Below are positions 34,268-38,118 of a DNA stretch of 38,118 bases, piece by piece. Each line of letters starts with the position of its first letter. Positions within the stretch are counted from its first letter, which is position 1. The position numbers and the translations under genes were made by a program. The notes under the pieces were generated by a model, which saw only the letters and a list, made by a program, of their open reading frames with translations, had not been told where the DNA came from and did no database searches. This DNA comes from Chloroflexota bacterium (GTDB lineage Bacteria > Chloroflexota > Limnocylindria > Limnocylindrales > CSP1-4), in contig JAKAHU010000002.1 of the NCBI GenBank assembly GCA_021825385.1, positions 1-38,118 of the forward strand, given 5' to 3'.

Positions 34268-35406
34268 CACGCCGGTCCTCGATGCGCGACTTCGCTCGAA
34301 GCGTGCCCCGCCAACGAGTCGTGGTGCCGGGTGAGCTCATGGGCATCCAGACCCGAGTGGCCGCACGGGTTCACATGGATGACCGCGGTGTCGAGCCGGC
34401 GGACCTCGTGGAGCAGGCGGTGCCTGACCTCCTCTGACACTCGATGGCCCTCGCTGACGGTCATGTCGCAGTCGACGGTGATCGCCATCGAGGCCTCGAG
34501 GGTGTGCCCGAGCCAGCGGACACGAAGTCGGTCAACCGACTGGACCTCGGGCACCGACGTCGCGATCGTCTCGACCTGCTCGACCAGCTCGGGCTCGACC
34601 GCATCCATCAGCCGCCCGAGCATCTGGCCGGTCGCCTGCTTGAGCACGACCAGGATGACCGCGGTGATGAGCAACCCGACGAGCGGGTCGGCGAGCGGGT
34701 AGCCCGCGGCGACGCCGAGCGCACCGGCGACGACCGCAAGCGAGGTCAGCCCATCGGTCCGGGCGTGGTAGCCGTCGGCGACCAGGGCGGCCGATCCGAT
34801 CGAGCGGCCGACCCCGATGCGGTAGAGCGCGACGAGCTCGTTGCCGGCGAAACCGATCAGTCCAGCGGCGATGACGATCGGGATGTTCGTGATCGGCTCA
34901 GGGTCGATCAAGCGGCTGATCGACTCGTAGGCGGCGAGGATCGCCGAGCCCGCGATCATCAGCAGGACGAACAGCCCCGCCAGGTCCTCCGCCCGCCGGT
35001 AGCCGAACGTGTAGCGCCGGGTCGCGGCGCGACTGCCGATCGCGAACGCGATCCAGAGCGGGATCGCGGTCAGGGCGTCGCTGACGTTGTGGATCGTGTC
35101 GGCCAGGAGCGCGACCGAGCCCGAGACGACGACGACCGCAAGCTGGGCGACCGCCGTGATCGCCAGCAGCACGAGCGAGACCTTGAGCGCGCGGATGCCG
35201 CGCCGGTCGTTCGTGAGCGCGTCGTCAATCGAGTCGCCCGGATCGTGACTGTGACCGATGAACAGCTCAGCCAGTCGTCGCAGCCGCCCCTCCGGGTGGT
35301 CGTGAGGATGGTCATGGCCGTGAGCGTGGCCGGCGCCGTGGTGATCGTCGTGGTCGTGCGACTCGCCCTGTTCATGAGCACCGGGCGAGTGCGGATGCTC
35401 GGTCAT
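34267..35406 (-). CDS. Cation diffusion facilitator with His-rich N-terminus (FieF/MamB-like branch)
   Basis: From Met36 of the track ORF: MTEHPHSPGAHEQGESHDHDDHHGAGHAHGHDHPHDHPEG.... Also SVALLADTIHNVSDA, FGYRRAEDL and ADGYHARTD. Confidence 0.85.
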   Translation of the reverse strand: MTEHPHSPGAHEQGESHDHDDHHGAGHAHGHDHPHDHPEGRLRRLAELFIGHSHDPGDSIDDALTNDRRGIRALKVSLVLLAITAVAQLAVVVVSGSVALLADTIHNVSDALTAIPLWIAFAIGSRAATRRYTFGYRRAEDLAGLFVLLMIAGSAILAAYESISRLIDPEPITNIPIVIAAGLIGFAGNELVALYRIGVGRSIGSAALVADGYHARTDGLTSLAVVAGALGVAAGYPLADPLVGLLITAVILVVLKQATGQMLGRLMDAVEPELVEQVETIATSVPEVQSVDRLRVRWLGHTLEASMAITVDCDMTVSEGHRVSEEVRHRLLHEVRRLDTAVIHVNPCGHSGLDAHELTRHHDSLAGHASSEVAHRGPA

Positions 35407-35558
35407 CTGGCCTCGTGCGCGTTGCGCCCGCCTTGTCAGCTTGGGGAAGCATTGTAGGTCCGTCGAGGTGGCCACTCGCCCCGCGGCCCCCGAACACGGG
35501 CTGACCATCACTGAACGGCTCGCGGAGCCGCTGGAGCCGCTCGACTGGTTCGCAGCGC

Positions 35559-35874
35559 ATGACGCGACGGTCGTCTCGTCCCGCCGAACGCGTCACCGAC
35601 CGCGAGGCCGGCGTGGTCGCGGCGGCTCTGGCGGCTGGGCCGGAGAAGGCGGCGGCCCACCGACTCGGCCTGTCGCACTCGGCAGTCCAGCACCACCTGG
35701 CGACTGCAAGGTCGAGGGTGGGCGCGACGACCACAGCTCGTGTGGATCCTCGTGCCGCGGCTGCCCAAGCCCGAGAGCACCGCCCCGGACGACCACTCGC
35801 CTCGACGGGACCTGAACACACCGGCCCCGGCCGAAGGGCGGTCGGATGCGCGGCCTCCCGGGTTGTGCCTATGA
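35559..35874 (+). pseudogene. Small LuxR/GerE-type HTH regulator, copy 1; frame break (+1) near 35730-35736 (pseudogene or recoded)
   Basis: MTRRSSRPAERVTDREAGVVAAALAAGPEKAAAHRLGLSHSAVQHHLATARSRVGATT is followed, in the +1 frame from 35734, by QLVWILVPRLP.... That frame ends at TGA 35872-35874, overlapping the next ATG. Confidence 0.5.
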
Positions 35875-36638
35875 TCCGCGCTGTGACCACTGCCTCGTTC
35901 ATCTCCCTGCACCTGGCGCGGTTCAATCAGCTCCGTCCAGCCGGGCCGGCGGATCCCGGCGGGCGACCTGGGCTGCTGTTCTGCGAGGTGGGCGCCGACT
36001 GTCGCGCGGCGGGCACGGACCCGGCCTCGCGGGAGGCGTTTTCGTTCCTCGTCGTGGGGCTCCACGACAGCAAGGAGTCAGCGGACCGCCTGGTCGACGA
36101 TGTCGCCACCGTCGCCCCGTGGTTCGCGGACGCGGCGGAGCGCTGGAGCGGCGTCCTCGCGCCGTTTCGAACGACGGGCGAATCCAACCTCATCCACCCC
36201 ATGGCGCCAGCCCGCCTGTTCGATCCGCTCGTCTCCGCGCCCAGGCGCGGGACGCCGGTGGTCGTGTTCACCACCGCCGGCTGGAACCGGGCCGGCCTCG
36301 ACATGGCACGGGTGCAGGATTTCGGGACCGGCGTAGCCGCGGTCAGGATCTCGATGACGGCTGTCCCGGGCCTCCGGTCGCAGCAGACGTTCTTCTTTCC
36401 CGGGATCATCGCCCTCGACCCGCCGACCCTGACCTTCTGGGACGACGAGGTGTCGCTCGTCTCGTGGGCGCATCGCCAGGCGACACACAAGCGCCAGATG
36501 GACCGCTACCGGGCGACCCGGAACGCCGACCGAGCCTCCTTCACACGCCTCACCCCGCTCAGCAGCATCGGGACGTGGTACGGCCGGGACCCGGTCGCCA
36601 CGGCGGGGGCCGGCGGGCCGGCCGATCCGGGCTCGTAA
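35871..36638 (+). CDS. Hypothetical protein; resembles CrtA/spheroidene-monooxygenase-like proteins (from memory, unverified)
   Basis: MIRAVTTASFISLHLARFNQ...FLVVGLHDSKESA...PVVVFTTAGWNRAGL...TLTFWDDEVSLVSWAH...ASFTRLTPLSSIGTWYGRDP. The codon usage looks real. The track ORF 35559..36638 fuses it in frame to the LuxR-like copy 1. Confidence 0.55.
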   Translation: MIRAVTTASFISLHLARFNQLRPAGPADPGGRPGLLFCEVGADCRAAGTDPASREAFSFLVVGLHDSKESADRLVDDVATVAPWFADAAERWSGVLAPFRTTGESNLIHPMAPARLFDPLVSAPRRGTPVVVFTTAGWNRAGLDMARVQDFGTGVAAVRISMTAVPGLRSQQTFFFPGIIALDPPTLTFWDDEVSLVSWAHRQATHKRQMDRYRATRNADRASFTRLTPLSSIGTWYGRDPVATAGAGGPADPGS

Positions 36639-36836
36639 GCGGCTGCCCGCCACCTGGCGCACTCGACGGTGAAGCGCCGCCTGGCGAATGTGCGGTCCAA
36701 CGTTGGCGCGACGATGGCGGCGCAGCTCGGGTGGATCCTCACCCACGCTTACCGGAGCCCGAGGCTGGAGCCGAGGCGGATGACCAGGCGAGCAAGCGCG
36801 CCGACTCCCGTCTGCCATTGCCCGGCAGGTGACTGA
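36639..36836 (+). pseudogene. Remnant of a LuxR-type HTH gene, copy 3 (no start codon; follows a TAA in frame)
   Basis: AAARHLAHSTVKRRLANVRSNVGATMAAQLGWILTHAY... is homologous to copies 1 and 2. It begins immediately after the stop at 36636-36638. Confidence 0.4.
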
Positions 36837-37020
36837 ACTGCCGCCGTTAGCGATCGGGCCCTAGCCACGGAATGGCCGGTGACTCTGGGTGAGGTCGAGA
36901 CCCTGGTTGATCGCCGTCACTCGGGCGTGTGCACGCCGGAACATTGCCTGTCGAACGGCTCCGACGACAGGGCCCCGGCGACGGTGAGCGAGCCTCCCAT
37001 GCTTCTGAGGCCCCCGTCGG

Positions 37021-37063
37021 GGCCGTGAAGCATCGGGGCCCGTGAAGCATCGGGGCCGTGAAG
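37021..37063. repeat. Imperfect tandem repeat: GGCCGTGAAGCATCGG (16 nt), GGCCCGTGAAGCATCGG (17 nt), GGCCGTGAAG (partial)
   Basis: Read directly from the sequence. Confidence 0.85.
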
Positions 37064-37168
37064 ACCGCGCTCGTCCGCGGTGTACCCGGGCGGCAGATGC
37101 CGAAGCCAGGAGCCATCCGTGCCGTTCCCATGCGGCACGTGGGGTGGAGACAATTGATCGCGGAGCGG

Positions 37169-37360
37169 CTACTGAAGCCAGGCGCTGAAGCCCTGGTGCA
37201 TCCCGGGGTTGTGGTCGCCGCTGAACATGCCTGCGCGAGCGCACTCGGAGACATGCGCGCCGAAATTGGCGCCCGTTCCGGCGGCCGCCACCGGCGACAC
37301 GAGCAGCAGACTTGCGAGCACGGCGGACGCGGCGACGATGATGCGGAACACACGGACCAT
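37169..37360 (-). CDS. Small secreted protein (63 aa precursor) with a Cys/His/Met-containing mature part
   Basis: The ATG at 37360 sits behind GGGAGAG. MVRVFRIIVAASAVLASLLLVSPVAAA|GTGANFGAHVSECARAGMFSGDHNPGMHQGFSAWLQ has a clear signal peptide. Confidence 0.55.
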   Translation of the reverse strand: MVRVFRIIVAASAVLASLLLVSPVAAAGTGANFGAHVSECARAGMFSGDHNPGMHQGFSAWLQ

Positions 37361-37667
37361 GGCTGCTCTCCCTTGGGGTACCCGGCGGGCTCTCCGCCGC
37401 AACTCCATCTGTATCGCTCCTCTTGCTGAGAGGAAGATGAGCGCAGGATGAGAGTGGTGGGGATGTCGCCAACGCTGAGCAGGCTCATCTCGCTCGCACT
37501 GGAGGCACTCCCGCGCTACGAGGCGGGCGCGACGGCCGGGCCGCTCGGCCTACTCGACGCGAGAGGGTGGCTGGTCGGGGCGAGAGGATTTGCCCCGCGA
37601 CCACCGACCTTCCGATCACGATGCGCCTGGCCGAGCCTCCCGAGCCTTGCGAGTGGCTACGGAGCGC

Positions 37668-37929
37668 ATGACGAGACCGACGTGCCGCCCAGCCCAGCGT
37701 GCCACCGAGCGTGAGGCGGTGGTCGTTGCCGCCGTCTTGACGGCCGGCTCCGAAAAGGCAGCCGCCCACCGCCTCGGCCTCTCGCACTCGACCGTGAAGC
37801 ACCACCTGGCGAACGCCCGGCCCAAGGCAGGGGCCGACGACGACGGCGCAGCTCGTGTGGATACTGGCGGAGCGGCTGCCCGAAGCCGAGGGCACAGTCC
37901 GGACAAACGACGAGCGATTTGCTCGGTGA
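37668..37929 (+). pseudogene. Small LuxR/GerE-type HTH regulator, copy 2; frame break (+1) near 37833-37837 (pseudogene or recoded)
   Basis: MTRPTCRPAQRATEREAVVVAAVLTAGSEKAAAHRLGLSHSTVKHHLANARPKAGA is followed, in the +1 frame from 37837, by TTTAQLVWILAERLPEAEGTVRTNDERFAR, with a stop at 37927-37929. The uninterrupted frame instead runs as Arg/Gly/Ser-rich sequence to 38042. Confidence 0.5.
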
Positions 37930-38041
37930 GGTCGCGGGGCGAGCTCGGCGGCAACGGCGGCCCAGGAGTTCCGCGATCGGCGACGAGTTCTGCGGCGTCC
38001 GGCGGTCGGGTCATTGAACCAGTCGCCAGGGAGGATTTCTG

Positions 38042-38118
38042 ATGCGCAGCGTGACCTACTCGATGGGCGTCTCGCTCGATGGCTACACCGTCGGGCCGGA
38101 TGGCCACTTCGACTGGAC
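38042..38118 (+). CDS. RibD C-terminal domain / dihydrofolate-reductase-like family protein (5' end only)
   Basis: MRSVTYSMGVSLDGYTVGPDGHFDW is the characteristic N-terminus of this family. A GGGAGGA RBS precedes it. Confidence 0.7.
   Translation, partial: MRSVTYSMGVSLDGYTVGPDGHFDW

Noticed and set aside
35559-36638. Single 359-aa LuxR-CrtA-like fusion ORF
   Set aside because: The conserved LuxR C-terminal helix is out of frame, and the intervening 45 codons are Arg/Pro/Gly-rich. The downstream protein has its own ATG at 35871, overlapped by the +1-frame stop.
36917-37153. 78-codon TTG-initiated minus-strand ORF downstream of the small secreted peptide gene
   Set aside because: There is no convincing RBS. 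The composition is dominated by a non-triplet tandem repeat and no motif was recognised. Possibly non-coding.
37668-38042. Uninterrupted 124-codon reading of LuxR copy 2, whose stop overlaps the RibD_C-like start (TGATG)
   Set aside because: The last 65 codons are Arg/Gly/Ser/Ala-rich junk-like sequence, while the +1 frame encodes the conserved LuxR helix. A gene caller may still report this ORF, so it is noted here.

Overview
Very GC-rich window (about 70% by eye) with Actinomycetota-style organisation: GGAGG-type RBSs, frequent ATGA/GTGA start-stop overlaps, and many GC-shadow ORFs in the six-frame track. I found no rRNA, tRNA, CRISPR array, transposase or integrase. There are four blocks. 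(1) 1-10.7 kb: betaine/one-carbon-type catabolism (two paralogous dimethylglycine/sarcosine-dehydrogenase-like genes flanking a TetR gene, a metallophosphoesterase, an APC permease, an aldehyde dehydrogenase), plus an ArsR-SRPBCC pair and a hydrolase. (2) 10.8-19.1 kb: ten same-strand envelope genes, seven of them translationally coupled. They combine CopC, a CtaG-type membrane protein, two lipoproteins, an unknown 471-aa polytopic protein, DsbB/BdbC, a TlpA-like thioredoxin, DUF3105 and a Tat-lipoprotein two-domain multicopper oxidase. This is my best candidate for an undescribed system. (3) 19.2-35.4 kb: a mosaic metal efflux/sensing island with 2 CDF transporters, 2 P1B ATPases carrying an unusual APC / HExxE signature, a cupredoxin lipoprotein, 4 ArsR/SmtB sensors of 3 site types, an ICMT/CzcN-like gene, LspA, SHOCT and an MFS transporter. 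It is interrupted by mmsA and carries several decayed genes. (4) 35.4-38.1 kb: three diverged copies of a small LuxR-type HTH gene, two sharing a +1 frame discontinuity at the same place. They sit next to a CrtA-like ORF, a small secreted Cys/His/Met-containing peptide and the start of a RibD_C/DHFR-like gene. All functional calls come from motif recognition by eye, not from database searches.
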